A DNA stretch of 62,475 nucleotides, filler included, from Sphacelaria rigidula (lineage: Eukaryota): the NCBI GenBank assembly GCA_964200075.2. It is 11 parts of 11 records of this genome, joined end to end, with 100 filler letters (N's around TTAATTAATTAA, not from the genome) between each part and the next. Parts side by side here need not be neighbours in the genome. Positions count along the whole stretch, not along the records: positions 5,690 to 11,278 come from CAXNAA020026065.1; positions 11,379 to 16,967 come from CAXNAA020026066.1; positions 17,068 to 22,656 come from CAXNAA020026067.1; positions 22,757 to 28,345 come from CAXNAA020026068.1; 7 more parts are not named here. One strand, 5' to 3'. Below the pieces are notes generated by a model. That model saw only the letters and a program-made list of their open reading frames with translations. It did not search any database and was not told where the DNA came from. Positions 10,721 to 24,544 of the stretch are shown piece by piece; within the stretch, counting starts at the first letter, position 1; each line of letters begins with the position of its first letter. The position numbers were made by a program, and so were the translations under genes.

Positions 10721-13700
10721 AGGTGCGACAAGAAAAAAGTCACGATGAATGTCCTGGCTCATCTGGGCCATTATCTAACCAACGAGCTAGTAGCGTCCCA
10801 CAGTCATGCCACACCCTGACGCCGGAAATTTCCTGGGTCCTCTGCACTTTGAATAGGCGATGTACGCCCTTCACTCGAGCGGGATTTGTTACTGCCGAAG
10901 TCAATCATCTCCACAAGTACGATTTTATTTCCCCCGACGAGGTCTAATTTTAGTCATAAAGTCACCCAAATCGCTTGCTTGCCAACCAAAAGGTATACCC
11001 CCCTGCTGTGTCTTGTTTTGGTTCTGTTTTTTTCCTCACTTTACTCCTTCTGTTTGTTCTGTCTTTTTGCTTTATATTTTTCTCCATTTTTCTTTTTTGC
11101 AGTGAGAGTTTTGATTTTGCCTTCCTTGGATGCGTCTGTGTTGTGGATAATAACCATGACCACCGCTGGGTCTCTCGGGGATCAGTTCATGCTGTTGACA
11201 CAACCAATCGAGTCAATCGAATCAACCCCGGCCCCCACCCCCCCCCCTCCAGCGCACGCGCGCGCCCCCCCAATCCCCNNNNNNNNNNNNNNNNNNNNNN
11301 NNNNNNNNNNNNNNNNNNNNNNTTAATTAATTAANNNNNNNNNNNNNNNNNNNNNNNNNNNNNNNNNNNNNNNNNNNNAAATGGGATTTTTTCTCGCGTG
11401 TAAGACCCCGTCTTACCGAAGTCACACGAAAGAAGTGCGAGCGAAAATAAGCATGCTGAGTGGTCGCCGCAATACCATCCCGTTCACACGAAAAAACGCC
11501 GCGGCGCTTTCTTCTTGAGGCGGCGGGCCTTTTTGTTCATAAGTCACTGTGGAAGGTTGTGGGCTGTTTGCAAAGACGTTTTTGGGCTGTTTACCATCCA
11601 GGTGAACATGAACCAGCGGTGCAGTGACGCTTGCTGTGGTACAAGCCTGTCATATAGCCCGGACCTGAAGCACAAGCGCAGGACAACTTGTGATCCCACT
11701 ATCCCAGGATAGACAATGAATAGCTCGAGCCGAAGCTATTGATGAGCTGAGTACACTGTCCTTAGCTGCGGCTAATCGCTTCAAACTTGCATGAGACACG
11801 ATGATTTTTTGTCAGATGGGCGCTGTATAGCACACCAACAAGTGGTTGGCGACTCCATATCTTGTGAGCAACTTTGCACACGGTCGCCCCAATTCCGATA
11901 GCGAAGGGATTGCCGTGAACAAGCAGCACTGTGTGTCGATGAGCATGGGCTAGCGCCAGACGTAATGCTCTGATGTTGTGAGTATCTGTGCGTGTTTGTT
12001 CGGGCTGGGGTGCGTAGGTGTAACGTGTTCAGTCACGTGTTTTAGCCCCGCCCGCTGAGATTTCCAGCCCTGTTTCCGATTGTGTCCAGCGCCAATAGAA
12101 TACACCACTCTTTCGAAAGAGTCAGCTTCGTGTTTCCTCGTAAGGGACCAAACTGGCTGTTGTGGGCAGACAAGCTTTGTTGCTCGCTTTTTGTTTTGGC
12201 TTATTTTCTTGTCTCGTCGGGACACAGCCTAACCGTCTCCATGTACCGGTCGTGTGTTCGACACCGCCAACCATATCATGGTCACACTACAAAAGTCCTG
12301 TGCGCTTGGTCCAGGTGATGAGGGAGCTTGCAAGTTTACCCAAATATAACCGAGTGGTCAAACATAACATTTTGCAGACCCAGATCGTCGGTCGCAACAC
12401 TCGGCCCTAGGCTGTGCCTTGTCGAGACAGGTAAACTCTGTTGACCAAATGAGTTGGCAAGAAGATTTGTGCCCACAGCGATCTTCTCGGGTGCATATTT
12501 TTCTGTACAGATGCAAGCCAGATCTGCACGGGTTCAAACCTGCGGCGGGTTCTAGCCGTGGCCGTTCGTCCAACACTGCTCTGTCGGTACCACCGCTCTA
12601 TTGGTGCGGAAAAGACGCGGCAGAGAACAAGACACGTACACACCAAGCTTCTCAAGTTCCTTAAGGACACGTGCAGACACTCCCTACTTACGCATAGAAG
12701 CCCCACTGCTAGCCCTTGCTCCTGAACACGCATCAGCCTCCGCTTGACGGAAATACGTTCGACATTGGTTGGCGGAAGGGCGGCCGCGTGCGTGCCATCA
12801 CCACCCGAAAACATTAAGTGTTTGCACCTCCTGGTGAACGTGCCATTGCTTACCCTCATGTGTAGGTCTCTTTCGGCGCGCGCCTGACACAGTTTCTTGT
12901 TTCTCATCGAGTTCTGAAGAGATTTGACCAGAGCCAAGCACAACGCGCCCAGCTGATCAACGGCTGCGGTTCGAGCCGTAGGTTTTTCGTTCGCGGGGCA
13001 GGGGGGGTCTCAGTTCTATGTGTTGTGCTGTGCTTTGTGGCTCACCTATGAATGTGCCCGTGCGGTTGCTAATTTCGTGTCCCCTTCGAGCAAACTGATT
13101 GCTGATCCGCGCGAACCGATTCGAAATGTTCTCGAAGAAGTGTTTCAAAATCAGTTTGCGCAACCGAACGTTCCGGCGGTTTCCGTAGGGGGCGGTATCG
13201 CAACGATCAATCACGGGGAGAAAAGAAGAAAGGTAACGAACTTTTAGAGAACAAGGATTTTTCTGTCTCGAGAGACAGGCCCTTGGTGCAGGGTTTGCAT
13301 TGCTCCGCATGATATATCGTCACGTTTTAGATGACCTCTCCGACTGTAAGGCGCGGTGGGGTCAGCAGACTCGACGAAGCACGTGGTGACAGGCACTGTG
13401 CACCAACTAGCCAAGTCGAGCGCCCTTCGACGTCCCGCGATTAGTCAGGTGAACCAACGTCTGTCGCATCGCTTCATTTGCAACATGGATGTGATTCGGC
13501 AAAGCATATCAAGGGCCGGACAAGAAATGATTCGCCTGAAAATTACATGGTTTTAGCATCATTGATTCATACCGTACGGATCAGTCCTTGCGCTTTGTCT
13601 TCACGCTGCACTCCAAGACGTTTCTGATCTGCTGTCAACTTTTTTTCTGTCTTCCGAGCAATCAGGCCTCGAAGATATCGTAGATTTGGTGATTCGAACC

Positions 13701-16700
13701 ATCGAAGATTCGTCAGACCCTTGACATTTTTTGCAATGGACTAATGTGCTGCGTTCAGCGTAGCGCGAGTTATGTTGTCATTTGATGTCAGTACAGAGGG
13801 GAAGAGAAAGGAGTGACCTATAATAGGCACATTCTGTACTAACGCCAAGTGTCAAGTCCAACACGCTTTTCTAGCAATTGTTCGTTCACATGTGCCGGCA
13901 TTCAACAGAAGTACCTTCTTGACGAGGTACATGTAAACCCGCCAAACCTTTAGCAATGAACTCGAATGCTCCCAAAGCCATGGATTATGCCATTGGAAAC
14001 ACACAGGACGCTATGTATCACGAGGACAGCAGTCTCCCGTGAAAGTCCGCGGCGGGCGTGAACACCGAAGCAGCGACGAACTCCGCCCTCCCTCGTCCGA
14101 AGCCATTCCGTTTTTCTCCAAAGTGGCAATAGTTCTTTGCATTTCCTCTGAAGCATTTTTTACTATGGATGGCGTTGAAATCGTTCTTATAATCGCTTGC
14201 TCAGCCACTCGACGGAAGTGGCCTTCTCTAGCGCGCTCTCGGGCTTCTATCTGCTGCAGTTCGAGTTATCAAGTCTGCCCCAAGCGGTGTCAAGGTGTAC
14301 TAGTTAAACTACCGTGGCGTGGTGGCCCTTGGAATCTCATTGATGGTGATATATATCTCTATTGGCTACGCCTCGTGCTACGAAAACACCCCCCCCCCCC
14401 CAAAATGTCTATCTCGGCGATTCAGCACCGACTTCCGACGGAACAAGTGGATTGTGGCGCCTCGAAAAGACTTGCTGTGTTTTCTTAAAGGATCCCAGCA
14501 CGTATTAAATGCCGGTGAATTATTGGTTCGATCTAACCTATTTTATTAGCGTGTATACTTTACTTCATCCAACCTAACGTTTATATTCCACTCGCTTTTC
14601 GTTTCACCTTGTATATCGTTATTGCCTGGTGTTTTTTTCGTCAAAAGGGGCGAGATACAGTAATCGTCACTACGGCTACCGTGTAAAAGGAAAAGGGTCT
14701 TCTACTTCGACAAGCTTGGAGCGATCGAGCTGTTCCCGCAGGTGCGAATGGCTGTCCGAATAGTGTCACTGGCTCCTTACTTGCTCTTTATACTCCGGCA
14801 TTATAATCGTTTTGTTCACGAGCTCGTGCAGGGATTGAGCAACTGGATCGTTTTGTCCACCCCTGCCTCTATCTTACTCGGTGTGTGTGTCGCCATCATC
14901 CAGCTACAGTAGCGCCATGTTGACCTTAACGGATTTTGTCAAGAGTAAGAATCGCCTGCCATTTTCGATCGCTCTGCAGCAGTTCCGACCGCGTTCATGC
15001 TCCAGCTATCTAGTGTTTTCTTCATTCTGCGAAGGTGACGGCAATGAACTAATCGTGCGTCATTTCTCGGATCGTCTTATAACGGTACTCCTGCTACTGT
15101 ATACTCAAGCGAGTTAGGCCGGCCTAAAACTGAAAAACCTTCCACCGTACATATCTCGCATCTCAAAAACCACGCGACCGATCGCCAAGCAAACATATTC
15201 CTGTGATCGGGAGATCGCCTTGCGTGTTCTCCGACAGCTCTTCATGTACTCAAGGGAACTCACACGAAGTGAAAGATCGTGTGCAGAAAATATACTGGGC
15301 CAAGTACCGGGAAAACCGCAGTATAACAGGCAGAGTGTCACGGTTGGGGTGTAGAGAACGTACGTCGATCCCCGCCATATACTTTTATTTTTTCTTCAAG
15401 TGTATGCTTATGATTTTCACCGTCGAGAGAGTGAGGGCGTGAAGAGAGATAGGTGGGTCAATCCCGTGAGACCACGGCTTCGTCTCGGGGAAGGGGAGGG
15501 GCTAAGAGTGTCACGAGGGAACAAAAAGCTAGTGTTCCAAGGGTCTGCCAAAAGACTATTTCTGGACACGTACGGCCCCAAGATCGAAAATTCGAGTTTT
15601 TGAGGGGAAGGAGAGGGGGACACCCAGTCTGTTGTCCCCTTATTTGTTGCCGAGGCGTTGGCCGGTGCGGTCAGCTACCTTCTATGGAGATACTTGGCAT
15701 GAATACCGCTGAAATGACGGACACACCGCCCCCCCAAGCCCATCACTTGACATGATTGCGTTTATGGGATCATGTTCCGTGTCATGGGCCTAGAGTACCT
15801 ACCAGTAGTTCGGGAACGTTTGGCGGGGCGTACAATAAAGTTACTACTTTGGCTGCAGGCTGTCGCTACCATGCACTCGTACGTATACATGTGTGAGGGT
15901 GGCCGGTATCCGAGGTCATCGGGACAGTAGAGCGGGCAAGGAGCAAAAGCAAATATACGAACCTCGCGAAGCCCACCAGACTTTTCGTTTTTTCAGTGTT
16001 ACTTGATGAATTTCTTCGATAAGATTGGCGAGAAAAAAGTTCATGGAAATTTTAAAAAAATTGCCCTCCGGGAGGGGGGGGGGGGCTTCGTGTCCGGAAA
16101 CCTTTCCCGACAGACCCTTGAGTGTGCCGATGATATAACACGTCAAGTAGTGCACGCGCCAAAATGTTCGCCAGGAGGAAAGTGCCGATGTTTGTGCCAT
16201 GTACTTCGTATGATTGCATTGACGGGGCGATGAAATATCTTGACGTCTGCGCAGCGTGACGTTAACTACTGAGTCGGCGGCATCTGCATGCACGAGTCCC
16301 ACACTCCTGCCAGGCGCGTTGCACGTTGTGAACTACACGTATAATAGTACTCCTCTGGCTGCTACGCGTCTTTTTGACACAATAATATACTGGGAACTTC
16401 ATTGTCTCATCAGAGCTGCCGTGCGTAAAAAGTCGGCAGCACTATCCCCTGCAGTGTGCCACTTCTGTTTGCAAATCTCGCAAGGATATTGCAACGGGTT
16501 CGGCACCAGAGAGGTCCCCCAACGGTATTGTTCCGAAAGGGGATTTGGTGGCCAAGGTGTTGCAACGTGTTGTGCAGGAAGTACGACGCACCTGGTGGAA
16601 GTATAGGACTCGTGCATACAGATACCGTCGACCCAGGTAGGTAATTTCTCGCTGCGCAGACGTCAAGATATCTCATCGTCTGTGTTGTGAAAAGGGAGAA

Positions 16701-17099
16701 AGCACCTTATGGGGGTTGTAATGGTGTTCACCAAGTTTGTTCCAGGTTCAGACCTCTGCGTACGTTGTTTGGTCACTCAGTTCAGCAGCGCAGGCTGACC
16801 GCAGTCGTTTCACAAAGGAGACAACGGGTAAATAATACAGACCAGAATAGCACGCAATTGATTGTATCCGAGCTTCATCTACAGCTCAGTTATAGCACAC
16901 ACAGTTACAACACAACCGAAACAGGCCTAAGCTTTAATAAATATAATACACCAGACAAAACAGCAGCNNNNNNNNNNNNNNNNNNNNNNNNNNNNNNNNN
17001 NNNNNNNNNNNTTAATTAATTAANNNNNNNNNNNNNNNNNNNNNNNNNNNNNNNNNNNNNNNNNNNNCTTCCTGTCCTCTGGGGACGAAAAACAAACTG

Positions 17100-19338
17100 C
17101 AGACCAGCACCAGAGTGCATAATGAAGAGCAGTAGACCTAAATAAATGTTCGTACACAATGGTTGACAGGGATGACTACGACATTTTAGACACGATAAAG
17201 TTATGAAAATACCCATGGTTTGGGGCAGGTGAGCAGTGGACCCAGCTCGCCCGGAACGTGTTTTGTCGAAATCGCCGTTTTAGGCGACGATTTGAAGTTT
17301 GCCAACGCACACTTGGCCTAGGGGAATTTATGCACTCTCCTCGCCCGAGGGTCTCGTCCGCCTTGGGTCGGGGTTGGGAGAAGAGCTAGTGTTAGTGTTA
17401 GTTTGTAACATTCCATGATGTTCCCCATCAACCATTATCTATGAACATACTTGTAGCTCCCCTCCACGGGTGGCCACTGGGGTCTGTAACCTGGCATTTT
17501 TGGGACCTTTTCCACATTTGGCAAGCTCCGCCGATTAGGTGGACAACTGAAGAGCATTCGCACAGCATGGACAGGTTTGAAACAAAACATTTTCCAGCCT
17601 ACAGGGGAGTCACCCGCCTATAGACTGGGACATGTTTTGTTTCGAACCTGTCCATGCTGTGCGAACGCTCCTCAGTTGCTACCCAATCCGCGGACCTTAC
17701 CAAAGGTGGATGAGGTCCCAAAATGGCAAGGTTACAGACCCCAGTGGCCACCCGTGTCCCTTTGACCGCGAGGGTAGGTAAATCACCTGCTGAATCGGCA
17801 TCAATATTCACTCGAAAAGATTATGTGTCAATCAGATGGACTATCCGCACCGCGGTTGGAGGGTTAACTTCTGACTCGAATCTTTCCTTCGTCTGAGATT
17901 CAAAATTATGCTAACGACCATCGTACAGCTGCACCAGCTACTTGGAAACACTATGCCGTTTGTGTGTGCTACCATGATATACATGTAGAGCCCAACGTCG
18001 GCTTTGAAAAAAGTTGGAACCAAGGAAAATCTAATCCTTGGGGTTCGGAGCGTAAAAGGTTCTTCTAAAAATGGAAACACTGAGGAGGGTGAGCATGCGA
18101 TTCTGGAGAATGGTACCCGACCGGCAGGGTACCCTCTTATTGTACATATAATCGGAAAAACTTCGTGATGACATAGGGCTTTCGCAATTTCAACCATTGG
18201 GTGGCCGTCGATATAGCATGGTTGATTTGTTCCAAAAATCTCTACCAAAATCATCTTGACCAAATCAAAATATCTAATTCAAACTAGAGCACGCAGAAGA
18301 TTCCCAACCAGGTGGCATAAGCCTTCCATCTACCATTGGGAACACAGACCGGGATGTCACTTTCGATTGTCAACGACGCGGCTGATCGACGGAGGCTAGT
18401 TGACCACCGCTGGGCTACGTTTTAGAATGGCAGACGCATTTTTACAAGTATCGCTACCCCTCACACTAACCCCAACCCAACGCATACCGAGAACCCTTGG
18501 GCAAGGGCGGAATACACATATATTCGGCAAAGTGCGGCCTTGGTAGACCCCAAATCGACGCCTGTGGCGCCGTTATGAGCGAAAAACGCGTTTTCTACGC
18601 ACGCCAAAAGCACACGGGACCGTCAGCCCCACCAAAATTTCCCTTCTCGTGGTTCACAGCCAAATCGGGAAATATCAAACATTCTAAAACATACCCCGGA
18701 GTCGATAAACTTCACTGCACTGTCGAACTTTGCCGAGGGAATGTTCCGCGCTTGCCCGAGGGTTCTCGGTATGCGGTGGATTAGGGTTTAAGTTGGGGCT
18801 ACGGTTGGGGTTACGGTTAGGGGTAGCGATATACTTGTAAAATTCTGTCGACCATTCTAAAAAGTAGCCTTACGACGGTTGACCCTCCCACTGGGGTGCG
18901 GATAGTCCATCTGGATGGCACATGATCTTTTCAAGTGAATATTGATGCCGATTCAGCAGGTGATTTACCTACCCTCGCGGTCTACAAATTTTCCCATAGA
19001 GAATGGTTGATGGGGAACATCATGGAATGTTACAAACTAACACCAACACTAACCCCTATTATCTCAACCCCGGCCCAAGGCGGACGAGACCCTCGGGCGA
19101 GGAGAGTGCATAAATTCCCCTAGGCCAAGTGTGCGTTGGCAGACTTCAAATCGTCGCCAAAAACGGCGATTTCGACAAAACACGTTCCGGGCGAGCTGGG
19201 TCCACTGCTCACCTGCCCCAAACCATAAGTATTTTCATAACTTTATCGTGTCTAAAATGTCGTAGTCATCCCTGTCAACCATTGTGTACAAACATTTATT
19301 TAGGTCGACTGCTCATTATGCACTCTGGTGCTGGTCTG
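17100..19338. mobile_element. Foldback / long-TIR non-autonomous DNA element (arms ~600 bp), left arm interrupted by two insertions
   Basis: 17100-17457, 17764-17868 and 18400-18512 are in turn the reverse complements of 19338-18982, 18981-18878 and 18880-18742. Termini are CAGACCAGCACC...GGTGCTGGTCTG, flanked by TG and TA. Confidence 0.8.
17465..17756. mobile_element. Palindromic MITE (CACGGGTGGCCACTGG family) with 2-bp TSD
   Basis: A 292-bp near-complete hairpin CACGGGTGGCCACTGGGGTCTGTAACC...GGTTACAGACCCCAGTGGCCACCCGTG, flanked by TC on both sides. A second full copy is at 45029-45321 and a related terminus is at 26843. Confidence 0.85.
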
Positions 19339-21889
19339 TAGTAATAGCTCGTCCAGGAGGCTCAACCAGACCTAACCATCCTTGTCGCCGAAGCCAGTCT
19401 ACACACCGGCACACGCTCCTTTGTATCAAGGGTTTGTGTGCCAGCCAGCTGTCGACAGCAGTGCCAACTGCCTCCGCGCACACACCGTATACCAACATGA
19501 TTGCACTCGGGGTGTTGACACATAATATTGCTCGTGACGCAAGATATGCCCGCGCTCAGGTTGTGACATATTATACCGCTGCACTACAACAGGGGTGGGT
19601 GTGCCTGATGAGCACCGTGTTGACCCCACTCTACAGTAGTCAGCGTCAGAAGTATGCAGAGTTCGTAATTTCTTAGTTTCTCAAAGATTTTCCAGATTTG
19701 TTTCGCCTGACACCGCTCATCACAGTGACTGTCGGATGCCAAAAAATGAGCATCCGGATGCATTTTGATCCTCTTGACAAATACTGGAAGAAAAAGTATC
19801 TGCGATCAGTATTGAGTGACTAACGGGCTTGGTCGATCTTCGGGGGTCCTGCGAAAGACACTTTCTACTATAGCCCCCCCCAAACCAGCTAAAAGTGTCA
19901 CGATAAAAATGCCCATACAGCGCCTGATGTTCGGATTCAGGCTGCATGAAGCGCCTCATACTGGCGACATTGGCTAGAACGAACCCAAGCATGGGAATTC
20001 CCANNNNNNNNNNGAATTCCCAGCTTCTCGTTGTGCTCGGTTTTTCCGATTTCGATTTGCGTGAAGATTTTGCCTCCCAAAACCATGCAATTTGTGAGGG
20101 GGGGCTATCGTAGAAAGTGTCGAAAGTGCAACCGCAGATTCTAGCCTTTCGGTATTTCCGGTGGACCGACTCGATCCCGATCATGTAAGTGGAGATCCAA
20201 AAATGGCTATTTTTCGAAATCCCAGCTATTCACTCCGCTAAAGTCGGAAACTATGTTTCTGGGACCATTCACGGCCAATAACATCCTCTTGATAAACGGA
20301 GTCTTTACTCCATACTGCCCCCACAACACCAACTTAGGCATTATGATTCGAGCACGGTCTGCTCATTTTGCCAAAAATTTCGACGCTAGCACTTTCGAGT
20401 GCTCATGGAAATTCTTTGCGAAAAAAATCGAAAAGAGGCCATCCACAAAAAATGCTAGACTGAGGTCTGTGCAGTATTCGAGGGAAACACGATATTGATC
20501 GTTATTGTGAAGAATCGTATACATATTCATTTATCTGAATATTTACCGTTTTGTTGCGGGAGAGCCGGAAAAGCGTTTTTTGTCGGACCAAAAATGCTCA
20601 ATAACACCCTCCTGATAAACGGAATATCTAGTCCATATCGCCCCAAAAACGCCAGCTTGGGCACTGTCGTTTGAGCGCGGCTTACGCTTCCCCCTTAAAT
20701 CGACCGGTGCTAGCACTTACAAGTGGTCATGAAGAATACTACTCGAGATAGACTCAAAAACTACGAAAACTACGAATCCTGAAGAGAACCTGACCTGGCG
20801 GTCAACGGGTCTCATCATCTGATGGATCGGTATCACTTTCACTTGAAAATATAGAATAAAACAACCCAGGATACCGGGAGCCGAGTTTGAGATACCTCTA
20901 CTATGCTACAACCCAAAGTGTCGTGGAAAAATGAAAGATCCCCGTCAGGGCCGTTCGAATAAACTGGTCGCTCTCGATTGGATCTTTAACTCTCAATCTC
21001 ACGAAAACATTGTTGAATATGGCACAAAGTTGATACCCCCCCTCCCCCTTCCCCCCTCTCCCTACACTGTCCTAGGATCACTAGTTTATATTTTCCATTA
21101 CTCACCAACAACTCTGCTTGTGTTGCGTAAAATCGATACCTTGCGTCGGCACTCAGAAGACGCGTAGGGCGCCCGTAGTCCTGGGTTATATTGGTGAATT
21201 TCTCAATGACTTCGTTGCTACTACTGCACATGAACAACTTGCCGGCGGGCAGGTGAAGGACAAAGATGGCGAGAGAAACAGGAGCTGCGCGCCGATCGCA
21301 TTAAACAGGAAAAGACGCACCTCAACAATCTCGTGAAGAATTCGGTCCAGAAGACGGCACAACAGGTTCGTCTGGTCAGATATTGCAAAGATTATCGTGA
21401 ACATCTAGCTTTGAAGGGCTCAATCAGCACGCGACACTGTCCGGGGCAGACTTGATGGTTTTTCATGCTGATTGTGTTGTGCACGTCCTCAAAACAAACA
21501 GTTCTCAATATCTCAGTCCGTTCTGAGGCTTTTCTTGTTGGTGTGTTTCCGAGTGAGGGCGCCAACGCAAGTTGGTTTCTTTGTTTTCACGTCACCCAGC
21601 GTCTATTTGGCATACACCTTTCTATATTTTACCTGCTCGTGCGACCTACCTAGATAAGAGACTTTCGGAAAGTGTTTTTTCGCATTTCAGGAACAAAACA
21701 GAAGGGGGGAAAATCAGGTAACAACAGCCGATCCTAATTGTTGGGGTCGAACTATAAAATGACGTTCAACCCGCAAATCGCTTCCGTTGGGGAAATACAA
21801 AACAGTAGCACAAAAGGAAGGTATTTTCCCCCAAGACTCCGCAGGAGGAGTTGGGCAGTTCGGGCTAGGTGCACCCAACGAATGCGGTG

Positions 21890-22480
21890 TACACGCGTGT
21901 CGATGGCGATATCACCAGAGAGAGAAGCAACAACAGAGAGGAAGCTCCTCGCCCGTGTCCTTTGTGTGTCCTCGCTCGGCGATTACCAATCGCTCGAGAG
22001 ACTGGCATCATTGATCTTACCAGCATGTGCCAAATTTTCCATGTCCCGAAACACCAAGCTGCGGAAAGTTTCCGTCGTATCTTCGTCTTGCCTGAGCACC
22101 TCATCATTGATGCGAAGATTAGTGCCTCTCTGGCTCTCTTTTTGGACAGCACGCGCCCCTGTGCGCTGAAGAACATGTTCTTGAAAAACAGGGCAATATT
22201 TTTGTCACCGCTACTACTGTTCTCTGTCACACACATGCCCCCAAGGACGGTGCTCCGGCAAAACCAGATAGATCCAATATGAACTTTGGGGGTGTTATGC
22301 ATCGTCGATTGTCCGCTACCCCGACCGGGCGCTTGACCACACGCGAGTTGAGGGGAGTGCACGTGAGATCAAACACTTGTGAAGACCTTCTTGATATGTA
22401 GAGTGAAAAAAATACCTATGGTGGTGACCTAACTGTTGCTAGCATCGTGCAGAGGGGTGCGTCAGCTGCAATCTGGAGCT
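21890..22480 (+). repeat. ~600-bp dispersed repeat; second copy at 51987-52612
   Basis: The two copies are colinear (ACACGCGTGTC, CAATCGCTCGAGAGACTGGCATCAT, TGTGCGCTG.AGAACA.GT..TTGAA, CTGTCACACACATGCC, GACCTAACTGTTGC). No recognisable protein is encoded. Confidence 0.75.
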
Positions 22481-22844
22481 TTCGTTGATCTACTCTACCT
22501 CCCGTCTGCAGACGTCTGCTTATAGAGGTCACACTCGGTATTGATATCACATATGTTATTCTGTACCCATATTCGGAGCACCTTTGAAAACGAAAAAGTT
22601 CGTTTTTTCAAAGTACATCGACATGGTTGAAATGACTCTCCTAGCCCGAGGGATTGNNNNNNNNNNNNNNNNNNNNNNNNNNNNNNNNNNNNNNNNNNNN
22701 TTAATTAATTAANNNNNNNNNNNNNNNNNNNNNNNNNNNNNNNNNNNNNNNNNNNNCTGGGCATTGCCTATTTTCAGTTAGGTGAAGATTTTGCCTACCA
22801 AAACCATGCACTTGTGGGGGGGGGCTATCGTAGAAAGTGTCGTC

Positions 22845-23645
22845 ACATGTACGTTTGGGAACCAAGGGCAACTGCGGACATTGACTACCGGAGACTGGGC
22901 GCTGAAGACCCCCTCGAGGAAAATGTCCAGGTCCGTAACCGTTGTGCTCAAGGACACACTGTACATCCTCGGGCTACCGTGCCGGCTCCTGGGCACCGAC
23001 ATCATCCAAGCGATGGTGGACAAAACCTGGAATCCAGAGTCCAAGGAAAAGGCAGCTATACTCGGACCGCAAAGGACGCCCGAAGGAATGGGTTGGTTTA
23101 GATGAGCTCACTCCTGACGTTGGCGGGATGCCGCGACACGCAAGATGAACCAGGGAATTTAGCTCGCACAACGTTTGCCGACAAACATCAACGGCGGCAG
23201 CTTGAGGGGTGGCACGATGTGCTGAGTCACATCGATCCGGTCATTAAGCACCCCGAGAAATGTAGGCTCATCGATGTCTCTGATACGACGGTGACCTTCG
23301 AGATACGCTGCAGCGTTTACAGGTTAAGCAAGTCCGAGGCGCTCAGCTACGGTCGGGGTGGCAGGAGCCCCAGAACATTAGGTGAGCTTGTGTCCGCTGA
23401 GGCTGAAGCATCTTTTCGCGTCGATGTCATGGGCATGAAATACTTTCAGTTTTCTACGGATGAGGCCAGTCGAGACCAAGACGTTATTGGACTGGAGACA
23501 CAAGGTTCCATCACTGACGCCACCGAAGCCTACATCTACGAAATGGCCCGGGAAAGAGTGGCCATCAAATGCGCCAGCGGAGACGGCGCTGGGGAACTCG
23601 GACTGTCCGTGGAGCTTCAGCGCATGCTGACCGACCGTGGGATCA
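22845..23645 (+). pseudogene. Degenerate Ty1/Copia pol fragment (protease C-half, GAG-pre-integrase, integrase core N-half)
   Basis: TFGNQGQLRTLTTGDWALK...VVLKDTLYILGLPCRLL is Copia protease-like. It is followed by WHDVLSH...C..Y..SK...RSPRTLGELV (decayed HHCC zinc finger) and KYFQFSTDEASR...IKCASGDGAGEL...QRMLTDRGI (integrase core). The domain order is that of Copia, with an in-frame stop (23100-23102) and a frame change before the integrase ORF. Confidence 0.75.
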
Positions 23646-24544
23646 TTTTTCCCGTAAGATCCTAAAGTGGCGGCGTTCCCGAATGTGCCATCAAATAGCT
23701 GATGAGGCAGAGAGAAGCTAACTGGTGCTTCTTCGCCGCAGCGGATGCAGCATCCAAGAGTGGTGGGATACCCCACGAGTACCTCGGGGGCGAAACGTCA
23801 TGCGAGAAATAACCGGGAAAACCATTCAACTACGATCCACTCCGCATCTGCCGGTTGGAATCCTTTGTGCACCAGCACCAGCAGCAACGCCGTGTCGGGG
23901 CGAAGTTCTGTCCTTACCTCAAACACCAGATACTTATAGGCCACGACAAGTTCCCCTTCTTCGCGCACATGTGGCTACCGCAGCAGCCGGCGCCTGTAAA
24001 ATCCGCGCACGTCACCTTTCAACCAAAGGAAAACGATCCCCATCTGTGCATCAAGCGGACAATGAAGCTTCAAAGCAGTGAGTTCTCGCTGGTTCAAACA
24101 TCAAAGGTCCGCTCCTCGAACTAAAGATACGGCGTGTGGACCATCCCGGCATGACACATCTGTGATCTTCAATTCCCCGAGCCCTCGCACGCCTATCCAT
24201 GCAAGTTCCATATTCCGCTTCGAGTCGATCGTGCCGGGAACCGAATCCCATATCTTCAGCTCAAGAAGCGGGCATTCGACTTTTGAACCAGTGAATGACT
24301 GGATAGGTTTGCGAGGTGCTCGGGGCGCCGGAGATCAGTGATATTTCTTGCTGGGATGGATAGGACTGCACACCATAGTTTCTGCTCACGAAGCGCACAT
24401 TTAACCTTTAAACTAGTGAGCTCTCACTGCTTCAAAGGTCAGACGTTCGCTTCGTGAACATCGACATCGCGGGGGGAGTCGAAACCGTCAGCATGAACCA
24501 CTACGGTGAAGATGGCACCTCGACTGCCCCCCCCTGAATGAATG

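Noticed and set aside
19992..20022. GAATTCCCA duplicated around a 10-N gap
   Set aside because: This is most likely a scaffold overlap artefact rather than a target-site duplication.
23102..23665. Longest ORF (187 aa) as a novel protein
   Set aside because: It is explained as a decayed Copia GAG-pre-integrase/integrase fragment.
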